Both the position numbers and the translations under genes were made by a program. Below the pieces are notes generated by a model. It saw only the letters and a program-made list of their open reading frames with translations. It did not search any database and was not told where the DNA came from. 64,000 nt of DNA from Dehalococcoidales bacterium (GTDB taxonomy: Bacteria; Chloroflexota; Dehalococcoidia; Dehalococcoidales; Fen-1064), in the NCBI GenBank assembly GCA_020342155.1, contig CP070842.1, positions 876,034 through 940,033 on the forward strand, given 5' to 3'. This document shows, piece by piece, positions 9,149 through 17,407 of this stretch (position 1 is its first letter; every line of letters starts with the position of its first letter).

Positions 9149-9400
9149 ATGGCAGAGATTCCACAGAATATAAAGTTTTTACTTTTTGGATTCGGCCCCA
9201 AAATGCATGCGCAAATGGCATTAATTGCCAATCTCCTGGGTATCGTTACAACTGTACTGGGGATCATCAGTGCTGCCACGAAGAATCCACTTTGCCTGGG
9301 TACAACTAGCTGGTTTCTTTTAACCATTATTTTCTTCATATGGGGCCTATCATTTTGGTTTGCTGCGTATTTCGGGACAAAGGAGGGATATACCAAATAG
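9149..9400 (+). CDS. Small integral membrane protein (2-3 TM), unknown function
   Basis: A strong SD, AAAGGAGGTGTCGAG, precedes the ATG. The 83 aa include hydrophobic stretches ALIANLLGIVTTVLGIISAA and WFLLTIIFFIWGLSFWFAAYF. Confidence 0.6.
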   Translation: MAEIPQNIKFLLFGFGPKMHAQMALIANLLGIVTTVLGIISAATKNPLCLGTTSWFLLTIIFFIWGLSFWFAAYFGTKEGYTK

Positions 9401-9520
9401 TATTAACTCAACAGATTTTACTGGAATCTAGCGCTCTATTCATACCGCTTATTCCTGCCTGTTGTTGATTAGAGCATATTCATCTATTCCATTTGCTATA
9501 TTGGAGGAAGAGAGGAAGAA

Positions 9521-10711
9521 ATGACTAAAAACATAGCAATATCAGGTTTTGCCAAGCAAGGATTTAAAGCAGTGCAGGAAGCATTCATCAAGAATTTCGA
9601 GCGTTACCATGAGCTTGGAGCTGCCTGTTGTATCTACTACCGGGGTGAGAAAGTGGTCGACCTGTGGGGCGGCGTCCGTAACAAGGCGAAAAACGAACCC
9701 TGGGAAGAGAATACGATGGCTCTCGTCGCATCAACCACCAAGGGACTCGCCGGCCTATCAATGGCACTTGCTCACTCCCGCAAGTTATTTGATTACGACG
9801 AGCGTGTCTCGAAGTACTGGCCGGAGTTTGCACAGCAAGGGAAGGAAATGATTACAATACGACAACTACTTTCACACCAGGCTGGATTGTATGCATTGGA
9901 TGTGCTTCTGGACAAGAGTCTGGTTGCCAACCTTGACCAGCTGGCTGTTGTACTAGCGCAGCAGAAACCGGAATGGGAGCCGGGCACAAGACAAGCATAC
10001 CACGCCATCACACTTGGTTTCTACGAAAGCGAGTTGCTTCGTCGAGTCGATCCTGAACATCGCTCTCTAGGACAATTCTTCCAAGAGGAAATAGCTAGTC
10101 CACTGGGTCTTGATTTCTATATTGGGCTCCCTGAAGAGATTCCCAACGCCAGACTTGCAACACTTCATAGGGCTAATCTGGCAGGTGCGTTTTTCACCAT
10201 GCCTATCCCATTAGCGCTCTCGGCTATGAATCCGCGCTCACGGTTCCGCCGCTCGTTGTTGGGATCGTTGCCAGAAGAAAGAGATCATATCTACGCTCGA
10301 AATTTAGAGGTGCCGGCAGGAGGGGGTGTTGGAACCGCCCGCGCCATTGCTCAGGCGTATAGCGTATTCGCAACGGGCGGTCAAGAACTTGGTATACGTG
10401 AGGAAACACTACAACAGTTAATGGCATCTGCAGTTCCACCACTTCATGGATTCTATGATGAATGCCTGAAAGTAGAGATTGCTTTCTCACTTGGTTTCAT
10501 GAAACCAAGCCCTGAGAACACCTTCGGTCATCCAACCTCGTTTGGAGCCCCGGGAACAGGGGGGTCCTTTGGTTTTGCTGACCCCCATGCCAGGATTGGT
10601 TACGCGTACATCCCAAATCGGGTTCAATTCTACTTGACAGACCCAAGAGAAAAAGCCTTACGGACTGCAATGTATCATTCGGTTGGCGAGAAAGATCCAT
10701 ACCATGCTTAA
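9521..10711 (+). CDS. Serine hydrolase, beta-lactamase/esterase (class C / EstB-like) family
   Basis: The SxxK nucleophile motif is ASTTKGLAG. Length and overall layout fit the PF00144-type fold. SD is GGAGGAAGAGAGGAAGAA. Confidence 0.85.
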   Translation: MTKNIAISGFAKQGFKAVQEAFIKNFERYHELGAACCIYYRGEKVVDLWGGVRNKAKNEPWEENTMALVASTTKGLAGLSMALAHSRKLFDYDERVSKYWPEFAQQGKEMITIRQLLSHQAGLYALDVLLDKSLVANLDQLAVVLAQQKPEWEPGTRQAYHAITLGFYESELLRRVDPEHRSLGQFFQEEIASPLGLDFYIGLPEEIPNARLATLHRANLAGAFFTMPIPLALSAMNPRSRFRRSLLGSLPEERDHIYARNLEVPAGGGVGTARAIAQAYSVFATGGQELGIREETLQQLMASAVPPLHGFYDECLKVEIAFSLGFMKPSPENTFGHPTSFGAPGTGGSFGFADPHARIGYAYIPNRVQFYLTDPREKALRTAMYHSVGEKDPYHA

Positions 10712-10853
10712 GGAGAGTAACCCAACGATAGCAATTAGGTAAATTAGTCTTGGTAGCAACTACAGAGAGATTAAGAGATTACTTACTCACCTGCGGCATC
10801 ATCATTTTGCCGCTTCATGGTAGAATCGAATAATTGGAACGGAATACAGACAA

Positions 10854-10946
10854 ATGAAGAAGTGGCAAAAGATACTGATTATAGTACTCGGTCTTTCCAT
10901 TTTGCTTTTCGCCATTGGGTATATCTTCTGTGAAATCATTTTTTAA
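10854..10946 (+). CDS. Possible 30-aa hydrophobic micropeptide
   Basis: Hand-read ORF MKKWQKILIIVLGLSILLFAIGYIFCEIIF, below the track cutoff. TGGTAGAAT (extended -10-like) lies ~35 nt upstream. Speculative. Confidence 0.2.
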   Translation: MKKWQKILIIVLGLSILLFAIGYIFCEIIF

Positions 10947-11279
10947 TGTGACCTAACAAATATTGTCTGGGCTAACCTTGACATTACTCTGTTGTTCGCA
11001 ATCTCCTCATCAGGTCATACCAGCCTACAGCTCCTGAGAATATCATGACTGAGATAATTACTTAAAGGGTAGTATTTTTTATGGGAGCAGGTCGTATAGT
11101 CTCAGGAGGATGCAGAGATAGTAGTGCATACGTAAGAAGCCAATGCATAGAAAAGGAACATCTTCTTGAACAAACATCGGGATGACGATGTGGATGTGAA
11201 TATTAAAGACTTACACTTGTATCAAGTGTATCAAGGTCAATTGAAAAGGTATACATTCTGTACTAGAGTATGACGGTAA

Positions 11280-11609
11280 TTAGCAGGACCGCATAATCAG
11301 GACGGTTGAGACTATCGCCAGCGCGACCAGAAGTAATGCGATTAATGCCGCTCCCATAAATACATACCGTATTGGCAGGCGCAACTGTACCGTGTCTCTT
11401 GGCTTTGGGATCTTTGGAAGTTGTCTTTGCAGGGCCTCTCTAAGGGTGAGGTCTCCATTTATGGACTGGTCTTCCAGTCTTTCGTGCTCATCAATACGTC
11501 GTGAGGCAGTGTTTTCGACAGATGGGATATCCTTCTCCAGCCAGTATTCATAAAGTCTCTGGAATGTTCTTCTTGCCCCTCTTTTCCGCAGGTTATCGAG
11601 TATCTTCAT
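11280..11609 (-). CDS. Small tail-anchored membrane protein, unknown function
   Basis: 109 aa. The N-terminal part is soluble and charged. A single C-terminal TM is YVFMGAALIALLLVALAIVSTVLIM. It is divergent from the tubulin-like gene. Confidence 0.55.
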   Translation of the reverse strand: MKILDNLRKRGARRTFQRLYEYWLEKDIPSVENTASRRIDEHERLEDQSINGDLTLREALQRQLPKIPKPRDTVQLRLPIRYVFMGAALIALLLVALAIVSTVLIMRSC

Positions 11610-11775
11610 GTGGCATTTCCCCCCGGTAACGGAACTGTAGTTTCACTCAGTGTATCTAAGCCGACTGTTCCTGTCAATGCTTTATTGCGCTGGCAAAGAC
11701 TATGTATGAGGCTGGTTAACCGTGACTTCAATACTGGCTCACTAGTACTTTCGGGCTAATTTCTAGTATAAAGTA

Positions 11776-11804
11776 TTGACACCAGGTGTAGTTATGTATA
11801 GAAT
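11776..11804 (+). promoter_or_regulatory. Near-consensus sigma-70 promoter for the tubulin-like gene
   Basis: TTGACA (11776-11781), a 17-nt spacer, then TAGAAT (11799-11804). It lies ~58 nt upstream of the TTG start at 11863. Confidence 0.5.
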
Positions 11805-11862
11805 ACGCATATATAGTAAGTAAAGTGGAGCTGGTAAGATAAAGCCGGTAATGGAGTGACGT

Positions 11863-13038
11863 TTGAAATTACTGGTAATTGGTTGTGGGCAGTGCGGTGG
11901 TCGACTTGCTGATGAGTTCGCACGACGTGACAAAAGAGCACGCACAGATCGCGGCACTGAGATAGTTACAGAAGCCCTGGCTATCAACACGGATGTTGCG
12001 GATCTAAGCGGGCTGACCTTTATCAAACCCGACCACCGTCACCGGGTTCTCATCGGAGGTCGAAAGTCGGGTGGTCACGGTGTTGGCAAGATAAACGAAC
12101 TGGGCGCTGAGATAGCCAGGGAAGAAGGTGACCGGGTTTTAGATGGTGTAGCGCGGGCACAACAGCGCTCGGATACCGATGCCTTTTTAATGATTGCTGG
12201 TGCTGCCGGTGGCACTGGCTCCGGGGCGATTGCCGAGCTGGCGCAGCAGGTAAAGGAACGTTACGTAGACAAGCCGGTATATGCGCTTGTTGTTCTTCCT
12301 TTCCGCTACGAGGAGTTGACAGAGGATAGGTCTATCTACAATGTAGGGACATGCCTCAAGTCAATCTATCTGGTAGCGGATGCCGTATTTCTGGTGGATA
12401 ATCAGAGGTACGTCACGGACAAGGATTCCATCAGAAATAACCTGGCCCGGATTAATGCTCACGTGGTTGATCCGTTTTATAACTTGCTCTGTGCTGGCGA
12501 AGAAACGGACTCCAAGTTCATCGGCTCAAAGGTTCTGGATGCCGGCGATATAATTCAGACCCTATCAGGGTGGTCTGTTATCGGGCATGGTAGAGCATCG
12601 GTCTCACGAAGCAAACTCCCCTTCGGAGGGAAGTTGGATTTCAGGAATGCGGTTGCTGAAACCGACAAAGGAATTCATGCTATGAATCAGGCCAAGTCGG
12701 CTTTATCGCTGAAATGCCGACCTGACGATGCACGGCGAGCACTCTACCTCCTGACGGCACCTCATGAGCAAATGAGTATGGACCTGATAAGAGACCTGTC
12801 CTCATCCCTGAGAAGCATTGCCACCGATGCTACAATACGTAGTGGTGATTATCCCAGGGGGAAGGATTTTCTTGATGTTACCCTGGTACTATCTGAGCTG
12901 ACCAACTCGACGAAAATCTCGGATTACTTTAGCAGGACTCTCAGGTATATTTATCTTAAGAAGCGCAGGCGAGGAGAGATTGGAGAGCAGCAGGTCGGAT
13001 TTGACGAAGCCCTCCGTGATATCCCTCTGCTACTGTAA
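11863..13038 (+). CDS. Tubulin/FtsZ-superfamily GTPase, CetZ-like
   Basis: TTG start after GGAGTG. MKLLVIGCGQCGG is the T1 loop. GGHGVGKINELGAEIAREEGD matches my memory of the CetZ block KGHGVGxxNELGAEIAEED. MIAGAAGGTGSGA is the tubulin signature GGGTGSG. PVYALVVLP, FLVDNQ, VLDAGDIIQTL (T7-like acidic loop) and RSGDYP near the C-terminus also fit. The protein is collinear with haloarchaeal CetZ1 as I recall it. Confidence 0.8.
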   Translation: MKLLVIGCGQCGGRLADEFARRDKRARTDRGTEIVTEALAINTDVADLSGLTFIKPDHRHRVLIGGRKSGGHGVGKINELGAEIAREEGDRVLDGVARAQQRSDTDAFLMIAGAAGGTGSGAIAELAQQVKERYVDKPVYALVVLPFRYEELTEDRSIYNVGTCLKSIYLVADAVFLVDNQRYVTDKDSIRNNLARINAHVVDPFYNLLCAGEETDSKFIGSKVLDAGDIIQTLSGWSVIGHGRASVSRSKLPFGGKLDFRNAVAETDKGIHAMNQAKSALSLKCRPDDARRALYLLTAPHEQMSMDLIRDLSSSLRSIATDATIRSGDYPRGKDFLDVTLVLSELTNSTKISDYFSRTLRYIYLKKRRRGEIGEQQVGFDEALRDIPLLL

Positions 13039-13087
13039 GTTGCGTCTCCCCATCTGCCGGTGAACATTACCTCAGCCGAGCTGAGCG

Positions 13088-13564
13088 TTACTTGGCTACC
13101 TTCTCTCCCTGAAAGATACCCCAGGCTTCTTCTCGTGCATCAAGACATTTCGTCCAGGCCTGTTCTACGGTTGTCTTGTGGGCTTTCATGGCTTCTGCGG
13201 TACTCTTTTGATAGGCTACCTCAGCCCTCGCCAGCGCATCTCTGAATTCCTCTTCTGCTTGCTGTTCGGCCTGCTCCCGAGCTTTACGAGCCCTGTCCAG
13301 CGCCCTATCAAGAGCTTCGCTTGCCCGCTTCTCGGCCTCTCTATAGTCCTTCTCTAGCTGCTGTTCTTGCGTTTTATACCCGTTGGCTACCTCCTTCTGA
13401 GCCTGCCGGTACATTGTGTAGGCATTTTCTGCCTGGCTCAGAAGTTCTGCTAAATAGTTGCCGGCTTGCTCGGGAGAGCCTGCTTGTGGTTCGGCAGCCG
13501 TTTCTACAGCTTTTTCCTCAGCCTGTTTGGCAGCCTTCTCGGCTTGCCCCTTTTTGTTCATCAA
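13088..13564 (-). CDS. Coiled-coil protein (158 aa), unknown function
   Basis: Almost entirely A/E/K/Q/R-rich helical sequence, e.g. EKDYREAEKRASEALDRALDRARKAREQAEQQAEEEFRDALARAEVAY. It lies directly downstream of the repeat protein on the same strand, with an 81-bp gap. Confidence 0.65.
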   Translation of the reverse strand: MMNKKGQAEKAAKQAEEKAVETAAEPQAGSPEQAGNYLAELLSQAENAYTMYRQAQKEVANGYKTQEQQLEKDYREAEKRASEALDRALDRARKAREQAEQQAEEEFRDALARAEVAYQKSTAEAMKAHKTTVEQAWTKCLDAREEAWGIFQGEKVAK

Positions 13565-13645
13565 GAATACCCCCTCTATTTGTTGGTTTCCTTGTTATCC
13601 GTTTTTGCCAATAATACGCTTTTGTGAGTGACTGTTAAAGTGGTG

Positions 13646-15340
13646 CTAGTCTGTTTCGTCTTCCTCTTCTTCGGTTTCGTCGTCAGTCTGTCGTGTCTGG
13701 CCTGCTGCATACATTCTCGTAAGGGACTCCAGGCGGTCCTCGATATTAGCCTGCCTTCTACTCTTTTTCGATGTGGTTTTAGCAGCTTTACGTTCTGTCT
13801 TCTTGCTGGTGGCCTCAGAGACGTCGCCGACGTCTTCGAGGGCATCGCTAATCTCGTCGGCCTGGCTGTCAGAGGGTTGTTTTACCATCTCCAATTCTTC
13901 GGCGATATGGCTGACCTCCTGCCCAAGACTGACTGACTGTCCACCACGCCCCAGCAGCTTCTCGAATGCTCCTAACCATGCCTGGGCGGCTTCTTCGGCT
14001 CCCCTCTTGGATGCTTCGGTAGCTTCTCTGGCGGCTTGCAGAGATGCCTCGGCGGCTTTTTTAGCTGATTGACTTACTTCTTGTGCCCGACTGATAGCTT
14101 CCTGCGACGCTTGTGCCGATGTCTCAGCGGCCTCTCTAGCCGTTTCACTAGCTCTCCGGGCCATCTCCACGGACTCTTTCGACGCTGCCACCCACGAAGC
14201 AACTGTTTCAATGGCTGATTTGCTTATTTCCTCAACCTGTTTTATCGCGTCCTGTGATGCTCTTTTTGATTCCTCAACTGCTTCCCAGACTGATTTGCCC
14301 ATCTCCTCAGCCTTGCTTATCGCCTCCTGTGATACTCTTCGCGCCTCCTCGGCCGCTGTTTCGGCAACCTTGGAGGTTTCCGTAGCCTTGTCTATCGCTT
14401 CCTGCGAGGCTTGTCTGGACTCCTCAATGGCTGTTTCAGCAGTCCTGGTCATCTCTTCCGCCTTGCCCATCACTTCTTGGGACATCTTCTTTGATTCCTC
14501 AACGGTTGTCTCGGCAGCCCTGGTCATATCTTCCACCTTACTCATCACCTCCTGGGATGCCTTTGCCGATTCCTCAATGGCCGTCTCGACTGTTCTTGTC
14601 AGCTCTTCTGCCTTGTCTGTTGCCTGTTGAGACACCCTCTTTGATTCCTCGATTGCTTCCTCGGATGACCTGGTAGCACTTATTGCCTTCTCGAAGGCCC
14701 CGGTGTATGTCCTGGTCGCCTCCTCGGCTGATCTGGCGATGCTCTCAGCCTTACGCACCGCTTCCTGTGATGCCTGTACCGACGTCTCGACAGCCATCCG
14801 GGTTGTTCTACCTATGTCCTCGGCTCGGCCTACTGCTTCCTGAGAAGTGGCTACTGCCTGCTCGGCGGTCTCCAGGGCCATCTGAGCTGTTTTCTCTGCT
14901 TTTTCGCTAGCTTCTTGTGAAGTTTTTGTAGCTACCTCGGCGGCTTCTTTGGCCAGCCTGATTGCATCCTCTGCCCGGCTTATCGTCTTCTGTGACGTGT
15001 CTTTTGCCTCCTCAGCCGCATTTAGTGCTTTGCCAAAAGCCCTATTAGATGCGTCTAGCTCCTCTTTAGCTGCTTGGCTTGCTTCTTCTGCCTTGCTTAT
15101 TGCCTCCTGCGAGGCAAGCGATGCTACCTCAGCGGCTTCTTTGGCCTGCTGGCTGATCTCTTCAGCCCTGGCAATCATCTGCTGGGATATTTTTACTGAC
15201 TCCGCTGCAGCTTCCTTGGCCATTCGACCCAGCTTGTCGGCCTTGGCCACCACCTCCTCAAAGTCCCAGGTATCAGCAGGTGTGGGCGAGGGTTCGTCTA
15301 GTCGCTCGATTTCCGATGGCTCCATTTTCTTGCCTGTCAT
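13646..15340 (-). CDS. Large repeat coiled-coil protein (564 aa) with a basic segment and an acidic tail
   Basis: About 16 units of a 25-aa repeat (xxEESxxASQEAIxKAEExxxxAxx) span aa ~41-450. A basic stretch TSKKTERKAAKTTSKKSRRQ follows, then the acidic tail TDDETEEEEDETD. Confidence 0.75.
   Translation of the reverse strand: MTGKKMEPSEIERLDEPSPTPADTWDFEEVVAKADKLGRMAKEAAAESVKISQQMIARAEEISQQAKEAAEVASLASQEAISKAEEASQAAKEELDASNRAFGKALNAAEEAKDTSQKTISRAEDAIRLAKEAAEVATKTSQEASEKAEKTAQMALETAEQAVATSQEAVGRAEDIGRTTRMAVETSVQASQEAVRKAESIARSAEEATRTYTGAFEKAISATRSSEEAIEESKRVSQQATDKAEELTRTVETAIEESAKASQEVMSKVEDMTRAAETTVEESKKMSQEVMGKAEEMTRTAETAIEESRQASQEAIDKATETSKVAETAAEEARRVSQEAISKAEEMGKSVWEAVEESKRASQDAIKQVEEISKSAIETVASWVAASKESVEMARRASETAREAAETSAQASQEAISRAQEVSQSAKKAAEASLQAAREATEASKRGAEEAAQAWLGAFEKLLGRGGQSVSLGQEVSHIAEELEMVKQPSDSQADEISDALEDVGDVSEATSKKTERKAAKTTSKKSRRQANIEDRLESLTRMYAAGQTRQTDDETEEEEDETD
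13991..15220. repeat. Intragenic 75-bp tandem periodicity (25-aa repeat array)
   Basis: The plus-strand motif GAYTCCTCRA recurs at 14268, 14418, 14493, 14568 and 14643, in exact 75-bp phase. SQEA-type motifs occur at aa 52, 77, 141, 166, 191, 237, 262, 287, 312, 337, 362, 387 and 412. Confidence 0.7.
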
Positions 15341-15416
15341 CCTTTGCCTATTCTAAAACAGGCGGATTACTTTATCAATAGTTTTTTACAGGGTGTTTTA
15401 TCTGTGATAATGGTGC

Positions 15417-15425
15417 ATTATATCA
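15417..15425 (-). promoter_or_regulatory. Possible extended -10 element (TGATATAAT) for the coiled-coil operon
   Basis: The minus strand reads TGATATAAT ~77 nt upstream of the ATG at 15340. I saw no good -35. Confidence 0.25.
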
Positions 15426-15696
15426 CTCTTGCCCAGCGGAAGCCAGTTTATACAAACAAGCATTACGGTTCGGGATAATACTCACCGAACCCGCGTCTAG
15501 AGGGCATACTGCTGCCGATGTTTCACATTCGTAGGATTTACGCCTTACAGTATCTAAGTATCACTTAATAATATTGTATTTCACCAGTATGCGGAGTCAC
15601 ATCCACCAAAAGTACTAGTCTCTCTAGCCGATTAGTAACCTTTTTCGTTTGCACGCGCTGAAGGCAGTGGTTACAATTGTCTGTGGGAAATCTGTA

Positions 15697-17301
15697 ATGT
15701 CAGATATAAGCAAGTACCGGTTGATTTTAATGGCAGTCCTGGTGCCCATGACGGCAGTAGTCAGCGGGTTATACTGGGGTAGCTGGTGGAAAGAAGCATC
15801 AGCGCAGACAGATGGGACTTTGCAGTCGGATATTAGTAGTTTCATCTCCGAAAGAATGGCGGTTGAGAATATTCCCGGTGTGGCGGTGGTCGTTGTTCAG
15901 GACGCTAAGGTTATCTATCTGGAGGGATTCGGCACAGCCAGTCTCAAGGATCCGTCCCCGGTGACTCCCCAAACTGTGTTTGACTTGGCTTCGTGTAGTA
16001 AGTCATTCACCGCACTGGCGGTGCTTCTTCTTAGAGATGATGGACTGGTGGACCTGGACTTGCCTGTCAGCCACTATCTACCAGACTTCAAAACGGCTGA
16101 CCCTGAAACTGCTGAAGAGATTACGGTACGTTACCTGTTACATCATACGAGTGGTTTACCGGGAACGTTTGCCGAGCCTCTGGCCTTTCATTCGGGTGAT
16201 GATGCTATGGATAAGCTGGTGGCATCGCTGGACAGGGTACACCTGAATCGTGCTCCCGGGTTATTATTTGAATACAGTAATCTGAATTACAGCTTGCTTG
16301 GTGCTGTCATCGATGAAGTGTCCGGGGTCAGCTTTGAAGAATATCTGGAGCAGCGGGTCTTTGTCCCTCTGGGTATGATGCGTACCACTATGATTCCTAG
16401 CGAAGCTGATGTGATGGACAGGGCAGATGGTCACCAGCTCCTGTTCGGGCATGTTGTCACCAGAAATATTCCCGTCTATCGCAGTGTTGTCCCGGCAGGC
16501 TGGGTCATGTCTACCGCGGAGGATATGGGGAAGTGGCTCATCGTGCAACTGAGTGGTGGACGTATTGATGGTCGGCAGGTGGTACCATCGGAAACCATTA
16601 TGGAACTGCACACTCCAGGTGTGAGTTACGAGCAGAAGGGTGAGGAAGTTGGCTATGGTATGGGCTGGTTCATCGGTCTTTCTGATGCCGACTTGTCGCT
16701 CGTCTGGCACGGCGGGGATACGTCAAATTTCGCTGCCGACATGGTCATGGTACCTGAACATCAACTGGGAGTGGCTGTACTGGTGAACAGTCAGAATAGC
16801 TCTAGGGTGCATAGTCTTGCGCCTGATGTTGCCAGCCTGATTCTGGGGAAGGAATTGGTGCTGCCGACGGCTCCGTGGTGGGGCTCCTGGCGGAGTGCGG
16901 ACACTATGGCGATAGCTGCGGCAGCAACTTCCGTGGCGGCTTTCATTGCTTTGGTAGTTTACTTCTGGTGGCGTTGGCGGCGATTTCGCCTTTGGCGGAC
17001 TGCCTATCTGAGGACCATGCGCAGGAGAACGCTGAGGATATGGCGGATGGCACTGCCACTGACACCTCTGGTACTACTGGCAACCGCGGTGACCGCTATA
17101 TGGGTAGTTGTATGGTTGTTGTTTGGCTTTAACCTGTTCCGGGTGTTGATGCGGTTTGGCAGCTTTGCCCCTCCCGGTGTCTGGATTGCGGGGTGGATGA
17201 CTTTTGGCGTTATCAGTATATGGGCGCTCGCTCTGGCTGGTCAGACGCTCTTTCGGTACTGGATAAGACACAGGGTCCGAAGGTTGCGTTCTCAGAGCTG
17301 A
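15697..17301 (+). CDS. Beta-lactamase-fold serine hydrolase with N-terminal anchor and C-terminal polytopic membrane domain
   Basis: SxxK motif is ASCSKSFTALAV, with YSNLNY and HGGDT boxes. The C-terminal ~140 aa have 4 hydrophobic helices separated by W/R-rich linkers (WWRWRRFRLWRTAYLRTMRRRTLRIWRM). I preferred the ATG at 15697 over the TTG at 15649. Confidence 0.8.
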   Translation: MSDISKYRLILMAVLVPMTAVVSGLYWGSWWKEASAQTDGTLQSDISSFISERMAVENIPGVAVVVVQDAKVIYLEGFGTASLKDPSPVTPQTVFDLASCSKSFTALAVLLLRDDGLVDLDLPVSHYLPDFKTADPETAEEITVRYLLHHTSGLPGTFAEPLAFHSGDDAMDKLVASLDRVHLNRAPGLLFEYSNLNYSLLGAVIDEVSGVSFEEYLEQRVFVPLGMMRTTMIPSEADVMDRADGHQLLFGHVVTRNIPVYRSVVPAGWVMSTAEDMGKWLIVQLSGGRIDGRQVVPSETIMELHTPGVSYEQKGEEVGYGMGWFIGLSDADLSLVWHGGDTSNFAADMVMVPEHQLGVAVLVNSQNSSRVHSLAPDVASLILGKELVLPTAPWWGSWRSADTMAIAAAATSVAAFIALVVYFWWRWRRFRLWRTAYLRTMRRRTLRIWRMALPLTPLVLLATAVTAIWVVVWLLFGFNLFRVLMRFGSFAPPGVWIAGWMTFGVISIWALALAGQTLFRYWIRHRVRRLRSQS

Positions 17302-17329
17302 ACTACGCAGTTTGATATGGTAGAAGATA

Positions 17330-17403
17330 TGGGCGGTAGAGGACTTGAACCTCTGACCCCCTGCGTGTAAAGCAGGTGCTCTAACCAACTGAGCTAACCG
17401 CCC
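17330..17403 (-). tRNA. tRNA-Val (anticodon TAC)
   Basis: Folded by hand. Acceptor GGGCGGT/ACCGCCC, D stem GCTC/GAGC, anticodon stem CCTGC/GCAGG with loop TTTACAC, T arm AGAGG-TTCAAGT-CCTCT. CCA is not encoded. Confidence 0.9.
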
Positions 17404-17407
17404 ATAA

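Noticed and set aside
11863-13038. The idea that the window is archaeal because of the CetZ-like gene
   Set aside because: The same contiguous sequence carries sigma-70 rpoD, bacterial DnaG, RecG, MutS, GroES/GroEL with CIRCE, L31/L28 and bacterial-type tRNAs on both sides.
13071-13085. Short hairpin CTCAGC-CGA-GCTGAG between the convergent tubulin-like and coiled-coil genes, as a possible terminator
   Set aside because: The stem is only 6 bp, has no flanking T/A tract, and overlaps the likely 3' UTRs. This is too weak to call.
13991-15220. Regular 75-bp periodicity that could suggest a CRISPR array or satellite
   Set aside because: The repeats are contiguous, with no unique spacers. They are diverged and lie entirely inside one uninterrupted 564-codon ORF. 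There are no cas genes.
14211-15356. Long plus-strand ORFs (14211-14630, 14949-15356 and others) rich in Ser/Ala/Leu
   Set aside because: They are antisense shadows of the 75-bp-periodic coiled-coil gene. They have no SD or start context, and their low-complexity composition mirrors the E/A/K codons on the other strand.
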